A DNA stretch of 64,000 nucleotides, from the IMG/VR virus record IMGVR_UViG_3300047497_000079, positions 1-64,000 of that record. One strand, 5' to 3'. Each line of letters opens with the position of its first letter. The stretch's first letter is position 1. Under the pieces are notes generated by a model that searched no databases, was not told where the DNA came from, and worked only from the letters and a program-made list of their open reading frames with translations. The DNA is from a virus. The position numbers and the translations under genes were made by a program. This document shows, piece by piece, positions 7,904 through 16,833 of the stretch.

Positions 7904-8911
7904 TTGATGAAGGTCAAGGTGGTCGCGGCGCTTAGCCGCAGTTCAACCCCAACTATAGGGGTCATCCGAAAGATGAGAAATATATCCTTGAGCCAAGTGA
8001 TCCTTGGCGCAGGTGGGGCGGGGATCATGGCTTGCCAGATCTTCGCAGCATATTCGAACGGTCTTAAACAAGCTCTCGACGGCTCGCTGGAAAGCCAGTT
8101 CTTCGGTATCGCTTTCGTAAGCGTCGTCGTCATCACACCATTCATTCTACCGCGTGCTTTCAGCACTGCACGCACTGTGGTCGGTAAAGCGGCCGGATTC
8201 CTGTTGTGGTTCATTGGTTTTGCATTCGTGCTCTACAATGCCGCGACGTTCACTTTCTCCAACCGGGCAGAGATGGTTGACGTGAAGGTGGTCAAAGTCG
8301 GAACCTACGACTTGGCGAAAGCCAAGCTTGAAAGGGCCAATGGGGATCGCGACAAGCAGAAGTCCAATCCCAGATGGGACAGGACGGACGGCTGCACCAA
8401 AATTCGCAACGACGCAGACGCACAGTTCTGTGACGTTGTGAGGGCTACAGTGAAGGAAATCCATGATGCAGAGGACGGTATGAAGGGGGGGAAGCCCCGA
8501 TACGCCGACCCTGCTGTTCATATTCTCTCGTGGATTACGGGGGTATCGGAGGAGACAGTGGAAATGGTTTTGCCCATTGCGCTCGCCGTTACTCTGGAAT
8601 GTCTGGCGTCTGGCGTCTGGTGGCTTGCGCTATCAGGGGCTGAGAGTATTGCAGAACCTGCCGTTCAAATAACCCCGCTCGAAAGCGTCCCGGAGGAGGA
8701 TGACCGTCCTTCCAAAACCGATGAGGAACTCTATCCCGAATTGGTCTTTTCTGACGGTTCTGACTATAAGCCTCGTGCTTTAGGTCGTCCCCTCCGCCCC
8801 AGAACGAAACATGCGTGGATCATTCCACCAATTGATGGACGCACTCTTAGGCCGTTTAGGCGGCCACAGAATGATAACGCGCCCTTGGGGAGCGCGACCG
8901 AAGATGATTAA
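7904..8911 (+). CDS. multi-pass membrane protein
   Basis: Three N-terminal TM segments, a periplasmic coiled region with a Cys pair, then a further TM. Confidence 0.7.
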   Translation: MMKVKVVAALSRSSTPTIGVIRKMRNISLSQVILGAGGAGIMACQIFAAYSNGLKQALDGSLESQFFGIAFVSVVVITPFILPRAFSTARTVVGKAAGFLLWFIGFAFVLYNAATFTFSNRAEMVDVKVVKVGTYDLAKAKLERANGDRDKQKSNPRWDRTDGCTKIRNDADAQFCDVVRATVKEIHDAEDGMKGGKPRYADPAVHILSWITGVSEETVEMVLPIALAVTLECLASGVWWLALSGAESIAEPAVQITPLESVPEEDDRPSKTDEELYPELVFSDGSDYKPRALGRPLRPRTKHAWIIPPIDGRTLRPFRRPQNDNAPLGSATEDD

Positions 8912-8937
8912 GGGGAGCTTTCGGCTCCCCTTTTTTA
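8912..8937 (+). terminator. intrinsic terminator
   Basis: GGGGAGC tttcg GCTCCCC TTTTTT. Confidence 0.75.
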
Positions 8938-9207
8938 TTTGTAAATTTTGATGATGTGAGCGGAGGTCGGAGAGCCACAGACGGGTTCCCGGTCTTGATC
9001 CGCTTTATATCCAAGGGTTTGTTCGTGCCGCATAATTCGCAGGTGCTGACCCGAAAATTCGAGGATCAGTGCGGTGGATATAAACACCCAGACGGCCGCA
9101 ACTGCCGAGGCCAGATATAACTTGTACTCACTTGGAGTGAGGTGGCGTCCGTCGCCGCCTTGGCTTTTTGGTATCGGATTGGTTATTGTTTTCATCGACA
9201 TGAACAA
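8935..9207 (-). CDS. single-TM protein next to the holin (possible lysis accessory)
   Basis: One TM; overlaps the 3' end of the holin. Confidence 0.5.
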   Translation of the reverse strand: MFMSMKTITNPIPKSQGGDGRHLTPSEYKLYLASAVAAVWVFISTALILEFSGQHLRIMRHEQTLGYKADQDREPVCGSPTSAHIIKIYK

Positions 9208-9472
9208 AGAAACGCCCTTGAAAGAAAGTGAAAATAGCTTCTAATACCTCGGTACCAGCAAAGCCACCGAGGGCTGCCGAGACAAGTACCCAGGAATCGA
9301 TTGAGGTCAATCCGATTACAGTTTCGGCCGTGGTGTAACCCGAAAACATAGAAACAAGAGCATTTATGTATAGGATACGCCATGAAAATAGATGTCTCTT
9401 CTGAATATAACCGTCAAGATGCTTTGCTATACCGCCGATCATTGCCAGCATTAAAACGTGTATTGTCAGCAT
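9128..9472 (-). CDS. putative holin (LydA-like)
   Basis: GGIAKHL..ALVSMFSG..SAALGGFAG pattern, 3 TMs, basic C-tail; CTAAATA late promoter upstream on the minus strand. Confidence 0.65.
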   Translation of the reverse strand: MLTIHVLMLAMIGGIAKHLDGYIQKRHLFSWRILYINALVSMFSGYTTAETVIGLTSIDSWVLVSAALGGFAGTEVLEAIFTFFQGRFFVHVDENNNQSDTKKPRRRRTPPHSK

Positions 9473-9589
9473 GTGATCGCGAAATATTCGGTTATTAAGT
9501 ATTTAGGATATGTGAACTCTAGGACTTTCGGCCACTGCTTCAACTTAACGGCTTTTAGCCACATACTGTGGACATAGGAGGAGAATAAG

Positions 9590-9781
9590 ATGTTTGTACT
9601 CAAAATAGACACAGGTAATGCTGCGTTTGAAGACGACCCCAACTATGAACTCGCCAGAATTCTTCGTGCCGTCGCAGATAAAGTAGAGAACGGCCATGCA
9701 GATGGCCGCTGCTATGATATCAACGGCAATAAGGTTGGAAGTTGGGCAGTTGGTGTCGTCGACATCCCAAATCCGGAATAA
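9590..9781 (+). CDS. conserved small phage protein
   Basis: IDTGNAAF..ELARILR..D.NGNKVG; AGGAGG SD and early motif upstream; terminator at about 9790-9822. Confidence 0.8.
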   Translation: MFVLKIDTGNAAFEDDPNYELARILRAVADKVENGHADGRCYDINGNKVGSWAVGVVDIPNPE

Positions 9782-9872
9782 GATTTGTTAACCCCTGTCG
9801 CGCGAGCGCCGGGGGTTTTTTTGTGCCTTTTTTCTGGCCGGGGGCATAAATATCCAAAACTTAGTTGGTTAC

Positions 9873-11399
9873 TTGGCTACTTCGTCCTCCCCTCCCGCGA
9901 TACCCGGCGCAATCGACCTCGGATACGTCAATCTCACGAGCTACGACGGCTCGGAAACTCAGAACGTCTCTGAGATGGTCCGCGAGTTCAACATCTACGA
10001 GTCGATCTGGTCGAACCACATCCGGGCCGACGTAATGATCGAGGACGCCCTGGCGCTCACGACCCGCCTCCCCATCGTTGGTGATGAGACGTTATCGTTC
10101 CAGTTCCGCACGCCTTCGGAGTCGCCCAACAGCTTCAGTTACAACTGGGTCCAAACCCAGTTCTACGTTTCGAAGCTCAAGGAATTCAACATCACGAAGA
10201 CGCGTACGGCGATCTATGCGTTGGAACTGATCCCGCCTTCGCAGTTCAAAAATCTGACACAGACGATCAACATCGCGTACGGCCCGGATCTGATCTCGAA
10301 TATGGCCTCGAAGGTCTTTCAGCTCCTGGGTTTGACCGGGGGTGGGATCGGTGGAATTGCGTCCGCCGCCGCATCAGGGAATATCGTCGGTACCGCGGCC
10401 GCCATAGCCTCTACGGCCACCGGAAACCCCTTGGGGGTCGAAGTAGAGGCATCCACGGGCCAGCATCAGTTTACGATCCCCAATATGTCTCCTCATGAGA
10501 CCCTGAACTTTCTCGCTTCCGAGGCTCAATCCGCCGCGAACAAGCCATCCAACTATGTGTTTTTCCAGACCCACAAGCAGTATTTCTTTTGTTCGGTCGA
10601 TTACCTCATAAAGAAATCGCAGACCATTCAGAATTATTACTGCTTCGAACAGTCGCTTCCTAACGATCCCACCAACTCATCGGGCACGGGTTCGTCGACA
10701 ACTTCCACCTCTAATGGAACCGACTTCAGGACCATGACAGGTCTACGTTTCCGGTCTCTATTCGACATCGAGAAAGGGATCATCGACGGCCTGTACGACA
10801 ACACGGTGTATGCCATCGATCCCGTGTTGCAAAAGTTCGAGAAGGTCAAGGTCGGCCTGTACGATCACCTCGTTTATAATCAACAGTTTGGGGACTTCGC
10901 GCACGTCGGTGGCAACTCTGGACAGATTATCGCTCCGAACTCGAAGCTCATGAATCTACCGGGCCAATCCCATCAAAGGATGTTGATTACCAACCGAGCG
11001 CAGGATTCGACCTACGGCACCTATCCCCGCAAGCGGCAGGACTTTCTCCCATGGCTTGTGTCGGCGAATGCCCAGCTCGGAGCGACGGTCCTTGAATTCA
11101 CGATCCCAGGTGATTCCGACCGCTGCGCCGGTGATCTCATCAACATCTATTTCCAGGAGGTCGGGGGCACCGACGACGTCATAGGAGCCCTAAACCAGTA
11201 CTGGACAGGGACTTACTTGGTTACATCCGTCCGTCACAAGTACACCTACAACGCTCCGATGCCTTACACCACGATTATCGAGTGCGTGAAAAACGCGTTC
11301 GATGCGACCGTCTCCCATTCATCGGCTTCGGGTTCATCCTCGGCGACCTCTTCGACGATCTCCGCTCCCACGACGCCTTCGAACGCTCCGATTTCATGA
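9873..11399 (+). CDS. T4-like baseplate hub protein
   Basis: NIYESI..IED..LPIVGDE N-terminus and PGD..AGDLI..TGTYLVTSVRH C-terminus; directly upstream of gp5; ATAAATA upstream. Confidence 0.7.
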   Translation: MATSSSPPAIPGAIDLGYVNLTSYDGSETQNVSEMVREFNIYESIWSNHIRADVMIEDALALTTRLPIVGDETLSFQFRTPSESPNSFSYNWVQTQFYVSKLKEFNITKTRTAIYALELIPPSQFKNLTQTINIAYGPDLISNMASKVFQLLGLTGGGIGGIASAAASGNIVGTAAAIASTATGNPLGVEVEASTGQHQFTIPNMSPHETLNFLASEAQSAANKPSNYVFFQTHKQYFFCSVDYLIKKSQTIQNYYCFEQSLPNDPTNSSGTGSSTTSTSNGTDFRTMTGLRFRSLFDIEKGIIDGLYDNTVYAIDPVLQKFEKVKVGLYDHLVYNQQFGDFAHVGGNSGQIIAPNSKLMNLPGQSHQRMLITNRAQDSTYGTYPRKRQDFLPWLVSANAQLGATVLEFTIPGDSDRCAGDLINIYFQEVGGTDDVIGALNQYWTGTYLVTSVRHKYTYNAPMPYTTIIECVKNAFDATVSHSSASGSSSATSSTISAPTTPSNAPIS

Positions 11400-11439
11400 A
11401 CGGCGATAAATATCTGAAAACATACGAGGTTATCTCCTG

Positions 11440-14100
11440 ATGCTTGGCCAGGAATTCATGGGGTTTGAATGGATTTGGTGGATGGGACGGGTCGAAAACA
11501 CCCAAGACCCCAAGGAACTCGGCCGGGTTAAGGTACGCATTTACGGATTTCACGCTCAGGACTATCAAAAGCTGCCGACCACGTCCTTACCGTGGGCACA
11601 GGTTATGATGCCTTGCACTTCTGCATCTCAGGGGGGCACGGGTCAGACCCATGGCCTCCAGGTAGGAAGCTGGGTCGGTGGCTTTTTTGCCGATGGCCGA
11701 AGGGGTCAGTATCCCGTCGTAATGGGTTCCTTTCACGGCGTTCATGCTACGGCTTACACCCAGTCAGATGGAGCTGGCGTATCCTCTGGCCTCGGGCCGA
11801 CAGGGGCCGTTAATACCCCTATTACGGGGGCAGGGACACCATCTCTAAGCTCATTGACGAGTTACACGGGCTCGGCAGCCTCGGCCATCTCCGCCCTCTC
11901 AGCGGGCTCAGGAACGGCGTCGACGGCCACCGCCGCTGCCGTATCGTCGGGTTCGATCTTGCCGTCCACGGGCCAGTCTGTGGCTGGTACGACGGCCATT
12001 TCGGGGTCATCCTCGATCTGGTCAGGGTCGGGTGTGTATTCGGACACTTCCTCGTTGTCTTCCAGCATTTTGACGCAGCAATCCACGATCCTCGGCGGCA
12101 CCAACGCTCAGATATTTCTCGCCACGCTTTTCATCGCAGATGCCGTTTCGACCTATGCCCAGAACGTCGACGGTGTAACCTTGATCGTGCCTGCGGGTGG
12201 CGGCGTGAATTCGGAGTCCCTGAACCATTCATCGGGCGAGTCCATCGATCTCATTCCCTCGGGCGGGTGGGATTATTCCTATTCAGTTCAGGACAGTTCT
12301 ACGGGCATCATTTACAACCAAGCTCAGATGTACGCCTCCATCGCCTCGGCGTTTGGCGCAAACAGAATAGGGATTCCACAGCTTGAATCTGGATCGACGA
12401 TGCCCTTGCATGTGCAGCTTTCGCAGGATCCATCAATAGGCGGCACGGGATATCCAGCGGGGATATGGGGTTATCCAGGTTCAAATACGGCAACCGCTTT
12501 TGGTCAGTCTGGTTCGTCCACGGCTGTCTCGGCAGCTTTTCTATCCAACTTTACATACACGGCCAACGGCGTTACGGGAGGCTTCACACCATCCTCTATC
12601 CCGAACATTTCGGCCCTGACCGCGGCCGCTTCAATAAATCAGACATCTTCCCTTTCTCCTCCGAGCATCATTCCGTCGACGACGAGCCCAGCGAGTATCA
12701 TTGGTCAGCTCGCCAACAATTCGTCGGGTGGTCCACTTAGCATTCCTTCATTAGCGAGCTACAATCCGATGAACGAATATTCGGGCGAGGCCGTTTCTAT
12801 CGGGCCATATGCCAAGAGCCCTGATAATCCAACGATCACGACCAAATCGGATCAAAATGCCGCACAAGATACGACCAGGTCTTACCCCTATCGGCTCGCG
12901 GACGGCGGTGCGGCTGGCGAAAAATTGTCTTCGGATGTCGGCTCAGCCACCACTGTAAAGACGTGGGTTGATCCCATGCTCAATGGCGTTGTGCTGGATT
13001 CGACACCGGGCGCAAACCGGGTGAAGATCGTAGCCCCTCTATCTTACCAGGAGTGGGATCAGCAGGGAAATCACACTCAACGAACGGGAGGAGACCATAC
13101 TTCGGTTTCTCGTGGTAACTATTCTCTCGCTGCTGATAAAAACCTCGCTCTCTCAGCAGGTAATGGTTCGGCTCGCCTTTGGGCTGCTGGTAACATTGAT
13201 CATAAATGCAATGGGTCGGCGACAATCGACGCCGGTGGCAGTTTGAACCTTACCTCTCTTGGGTCTGGTGTTTTAAAGTTTTCGGGTGATCTCGTGATCC
13301 AGGCTCGGTCGATTAAGTTAATTGCCGATGGCGGTGGCGTTGATATTCGAGCCGGGGATGAGATCAATCTTGAAGCCGGTGCCAACATGAACATCCAGTG
13401 CCCAGGCGATATGTCATTTGAAGCAAATGGAAACATCTACCAGGATACGCATGCAAACCTTATCAGCCGAGCGGACAAAGACATAGCCATTGGTTCTGGT
13501 GGTAACACGTCAATTCTCGCAAATACCAATATGATGGTCCAGTCGGCTACCGGAAGTATGTCGTTGACAGCACCAAGCGGTAACATTCTAGCCCAAGCAT
13601 TGGGGGAATATTCGCTCGGCACGGGTGGTCAAATCAAAATGCAATCTGGCGATTCCGTTAATATTCAGGCTGGTAGCGACGTTGTCATGCAGGGTAATCA
13701 CATTGACTGTAAGGGCATAGTAAGGGCTACTAAGTTTTCATCAAAGAATGTTCCGGATATTCCAGCCGTTGGTACTCCCTATGGTGAGCTGGCTTTAGGT
13801 ACTAATATGGGCGATGATCCAAATAGTCCTCAGTCATCAGATCCTGCTTCAACTGCTGCTGATCCAATGACGGCTATAAAAGCCAAGGCGAATACCCTCA
13901 GTCAGATCGGTCGTAACACAGGTTCTGGGGGAGGTTTAGTTGCTGCCTCATCTCGGGCGGTAGCGAGTGTAGATCCACAGGCGGTCGAAGGAACCGCTTC
14001 TTCGTTGTCTGCGACGTCTGTGACTCCAGCAGCAGTGACAAACTCTCAGGACTCCGCTTCGCAGGTGAATGATGCCGCTCCAACTACGACCTCGACATAA
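11440..14100 (+). CDS. gp5: baseplate central spike (gp5-like) with internal M15-peptidase-like domain
   Basis: WWMGRVENTQDPKELGRVKVRIYGFH..LPWAQV OB fold; beta-helix repeats; SLNHSSGESIDL..LHVQ motif. Confidence 0.85.
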   Translation: MLGQEFMGFEWIWWMGRVENTQDPKELGRVKVRIYGFHAQDYQKLPTTSLPWAQVMMPCTSASQGGTGQTHGLQVGSWVGGFFADGRRGQYPVVMGSFHGVHATAYTQSDGAGVSSGLGPTGAVNTPITGAGTPSLSSLTSYTGSAASAISALSAGSGTASTATAAAVSSGSILPSTGQSVAGTTAISGSSSIWSGSGVYSDTSSLSSSILTQQSTILGGTNAQIFLATLFIADAVSTYAQNVDGVTLIVPAGGGVNSESLNHSSGESIDLIPSGGWDYSYSVQDSSTGIIYNQAQMYASIASAFGANRIGIPQLESGSTMPLHVQLSQDPSIGGTGYPAGIWGYPGSNTATAFGQSGSSTAVSAAFLSNFTYTANGVTGGFTPSSIPNISALTAAASINQTSSLSPPSIIPSTTSPASIIGQLANNSSGGPLSIPSLASYNPMNEYSGEAVSIGPYAKSPDNPTITTKSDQNAAQDTTRSYPYRLADGGAAGEKLSSDVGSATTVKTWVDPMLNGVVLDSTPGANRVKIVAPLSYQEWDQQGNHTQRTGGDHTSVSRGNYSLAADKNLALSAGNGSARLWAAGNIDHKCNGSATIDAGGSLNLTSLGSGVLKFSGDLVIQARSIKLIADGGGVDIRAGDEINLEAGANMNIQCPGDMSFEANGNIYQDTHANLISRADKDIAIGSGGNTSILANTNMMVQSATGSMSLTAPSGNILAQALGEYSLGTGGQIKMQSGDSVNIQAGSDVVMQGNHIDCKGIVRATKFSSKNVPDIPAVGTPYGELALGTNMGDDPNSPQSSDPASTAADPMTAIKAKANTLSQIGRNTGSGGGLVAASSRAVASVDPQAVEGTASSLSATSVTPAAVTNSQDSASQVNDAAPTTTST

Positions 14101-14103
14101 AAC

Positions 14104-15720
14104 ATGGCCGACGCATTAACTGACCAAACTGGACTACCGCTATCAGAGGCATCTCCTAACGGTTACACGGGGGTTCCTCTCGGACAATACACGATTGCAG
14201 ATGGGGGCGTCCCAACCCTTAATCTAGGGGAACGTTCCGTAAGTTCAGGATCGTGGATGATTCCATCACCCCAGGATCTAGCAAATATATCAATGGCAAA
14301 TAAGCTAACGGGGGGAGGCCCTCAGAACATGGCCTCTAATATCGCAACGAATGCGGCAACCGGACAAGGAGGCAACTCTGGGTCTTTTGCTGCATCGGGA
14401 CAGCCCGTTAACCCCGTGCTAGTTTGTTCGGCTTCCGATGACTATGCCGCTGCGCAGATGATTTTATCCGAAACGCATGGTGCGCTCGCGGAGATGATCA
14501 GGATCGCCGAAGTCTTGCGTAATCGAGTTCTGATCGCGCAAGCCGGGCAGTCCAAGAAGGCTGGTACACCGAATGCCCCAACCGTAACGGGCCAGATTCT
14601 CGCTCCTGGTCAGTTTTCGGGGTACAACGGCATCACGGGATATGCTGGCGGCAAGGGGGCAAATTACCTCGCAACAAAGACTTATACGGGTAATGAACCT
14701 GAGTTTCAGAAGGCTCTCCAGGCATGGATGACGGCGAAGGCCGGCTCTAATCTGACGAACGGCGCTACGAATTTTTGGGCTACTAGCCTCGGAAATCGTG
14801 GAATGACCGTGCAGGCCGTGGGATCTGAGAATCTATTTCTGTCTCCTAATAATGGATACACTTACCAGAGTGCCGCGCTGCAAGCCGCTGGATCGACCAC
14901 CAACAGCCCGAGCGGCCCCGTGCAAGCTTCTAGCCCTGGACAGTATGTTGCTAACAATGTTCGAAACAACAATGCTGCTCAGTTCATGATTTCAACAGGG
15001 CATAATCCCACTGTTGCCGAAGCTTCCATAGTCGGACTGCCAAACTTTCCTCCGACTATTGCGCAGGCATGGGCGCGAGCTATGGCCAATAAGCGTGGCC
15101 ATATGACGATCCGCGAACTCATTGCCCGTCAGGACCAGGATTCTGCGGCATGGCAGATGTTTGCATCGACATATATGGGAACGGTTACTCATCCGTCTCT
15201 TTCGCCTATCGAACATCTTAATGCGTGGGTGCATTCGTTCTTTCGTGCAAATAAGAATGTCGCTATGCAAAAATGGAATCCGCTTGCCGTCAATACAAAT
15301 TTCACGAATTCGGTGAATCCGGCTTCTCTTTCGTCAAATATCGCGAGTTCTCTGTTAACGGCGATTACGGCAATTAATAACACATGGTCGACCTCGGGGC
15401 CTGACGGCCCGATTGCTCATGGTGTGCAGAACGTGATGGCAAACCTTCTAACGCCGGTTTCGTTAGCTACGGTACAGCCTACTCCGGCCGCAACTAATCC
15501 ATCACCGTCGCAAACACAGCTCGCACAAGCCAACACTCTTCAGCTTACTTCCGTGCTTGGCGATCCCGTGACGCTCGCATTACATTCAGAGGATATTTTG
15601 AACAATCTTGCAACGACGCCTTCCTCGGTCATCATTGCCAATCTTGCGTTTCCAGGAGCAACCAACATCTCGAATTTGACCTCGACTACGAATGGTGCAG
15701 TCGTGGGAGCATCTGCATGA
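14104..15720 (+). CDS. virion-associated cell-wall hydrolase (SleB/Hydrolase_2-like domain)
   Basis: MILSETHG..IAEVLRNRV..GQFSG..TNGATNF. Confidence 0.7.
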   Translation: MADALTDQTGLPLSEASPNGYTGVPLGQYTIADGGVPTLNLGERSVSSGSWMIPSPQDLANISMANKLTGGGPQNMASNIATNAATGQGGNSGSFAASGQPVNPVLVCSASDDYAAAQMILSETHGALAEMIRIAEVLRNRVLIAQAGQSKKAGTPNAPTVTGQILAPGQFSGYNGITGYAGGKGANYLATKTYTGNEPEFQKALQAWMTAKAGSNLTNGATNFWATSLGNRGMTVQAVGSENLFLSPNNGYTYQSAALQAAGSTTNSPSGPVQASSPGQYVANNVRNNNAAQFMISTGHNPTVAEASIVGLPNFPPTIAQAWARAMANKRGHMTIRELIARQDQDSAAWQMFASTYMGTVTHPSLSPIEHLNAWVHSFFRANKNVAMQKWNPLAVNTNFTNSVNPASLSSNIASSLLTAITAINNTWSTSGPDGPIAHGVQNVMANLLTPVSLATVQPTPAATNPSPSQTQLAQANTLQLTSVLGDPVTLALHSEDILNNLATTPSSVIIANLAFPGATNISNLTSTTNGAVVGASA

Positions 15721-16367
15721 TTGTTATTCCTGCCAATGCGCCGACCATTGATGCCAATTTTGTATACCAACCAGGAGTGATGATCTCGGACAGCGTCTCT
15801 CTTGATGCTCTAACGAGCGGTGACACGACCCCTAATTCACCGTTTCAGCTTCAAAGAACATCGCCGCTTTTCGTTGATTATGATCCATTGCAATTCGACC
15901 CGTTCGCTACCGGACGGCCGCCGTTGATCGCCCAGGACTGGCAGATCGCAGCTAACCTACAGTATCTTGCGTACGGCGTCGTGCAGCCTTTGCTTTCCTA
16001 TTTTGGCTGGGGAAATATCCAACCTCTATGTGCATATCTCGATCCAGAGCGATCCGCTCCTAATGCGACATTCAATGAATCAAAGCATTTTTCAGGAGAA
16101 GCTATAGATTTTACCGTGTTATCCTCTGCCTCTAACATTTATAATGTGCTCGGGGACGTGCTTTATGCCTTGAACGGAGCAAACGGCCTTCAGTTCGTCG
16201 AGATGGGTCTTTGTTACTCGGCGATTTCCTGGTTTCATGTCGGAATCGCCGGTCCTTATTCCTACTCTGGTGGTGATTATGTGAACCCGAGGATTTTTAC
16301 ACGCGATTTTGTATCCGGTGAAAGTTATACTGGCTTCTTTCCGTGCCGAGGGATTTCTTCTAACTGA
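15717..16367 (+). CDS. peptidase M15-like protein
   Basis: SKHFSGEAIDF...WFHVG Zn-ligand motif. Confidence 0.7.
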   Translation: MIVIPANAPTIDANFVYQPGVMISDSVSLDALTSGDTTPNSPFQLQRTSPLFVDYDPLQFDPFATGRPPLIAQDWQIAANLQYLAYGVVQPLLSYFGWGNIQPLCAYLDPERSAPNATFNESKHFSGEAIDFTVLSSASNIYNVLGDVLYALNGANGLQFVEMGLCYSAISWFHVGIAGPYSYSGGDYVNPRIFTRDFVSGESYTGFFPCRGISSN

Positions 16368-16384
16368 CATGACTAAATAGTCAT

Positions 16385-16777
16385 GTGCAGCAATTTCCCT
16401 CCATCTATGTAGACTTCGCTCTACAGTTTCTACCAGACCCGTTTACGGGCGATGTCGTTTTAGTGGAAGACGTAGACTCGGTCGCGCAGGGTGTGCGTAA
16501 CATCGTACTGACTAATTTTTCTGAACGCTTTCATCATCCTCTACTTGCAACGAATACGATTGCTCTTCTTTTTGAGAACTTCGATTCGATCACGGCATAT
16601 ACTCTACAAAATCAAATAGCGACGGCACTAGCCAACTACGAGCCTCGCGCTAACGTGCTGTCAGTGAACGTCGTTCAAGACGTCGATAACGACGCTCTGA
16701 GCGTGTCTATCACTTTCAGTATCGTCAACAATCTTTTCCCCGTCACCGTTACAATACCAATTCAACGAATAAGATAA
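16385..16777 (+). CDS. gp25: baseplate wedge subunit gp25
   Basis: VRNIVLTNFSERF..LLFE..LANYEPR. Confidence 0.9.
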   Translation: MQQFPSIYVDFALQFLPDPFTGDVVLVEDVDSVAQGVRNIVLTNFSERFHHPLLATNTIALLFENFDSITAYTLQNQIATALANYEPRANVLSVNVVQDVDNDALSVSITFSIVNNLFPVTVTIPIQRIR

Positions 16778-16833
16778 GCGCGGGCTTCGCGCTTTTTTTG
16801 TGCCGGTAATAAATATCCATAAAACCGGGACAC

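Larger units (their letters stand above)
330..9580 (+). repeat. Dispersed intergenic regulatory cassette: hairpin + TTWGYCMATTT + SD (about 21 copies)
   Basis: Motif copies at about 378, 720, 999, 1362, 1626, 1924, 2239, 2514, 2877, 3375, 3615, 3882, 4238, 4528, 4993, 5291, 6278, 6554, 7162, 7894 and 9555, usually right after a GC hairpin and before an SD. Confidence 0.9.
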
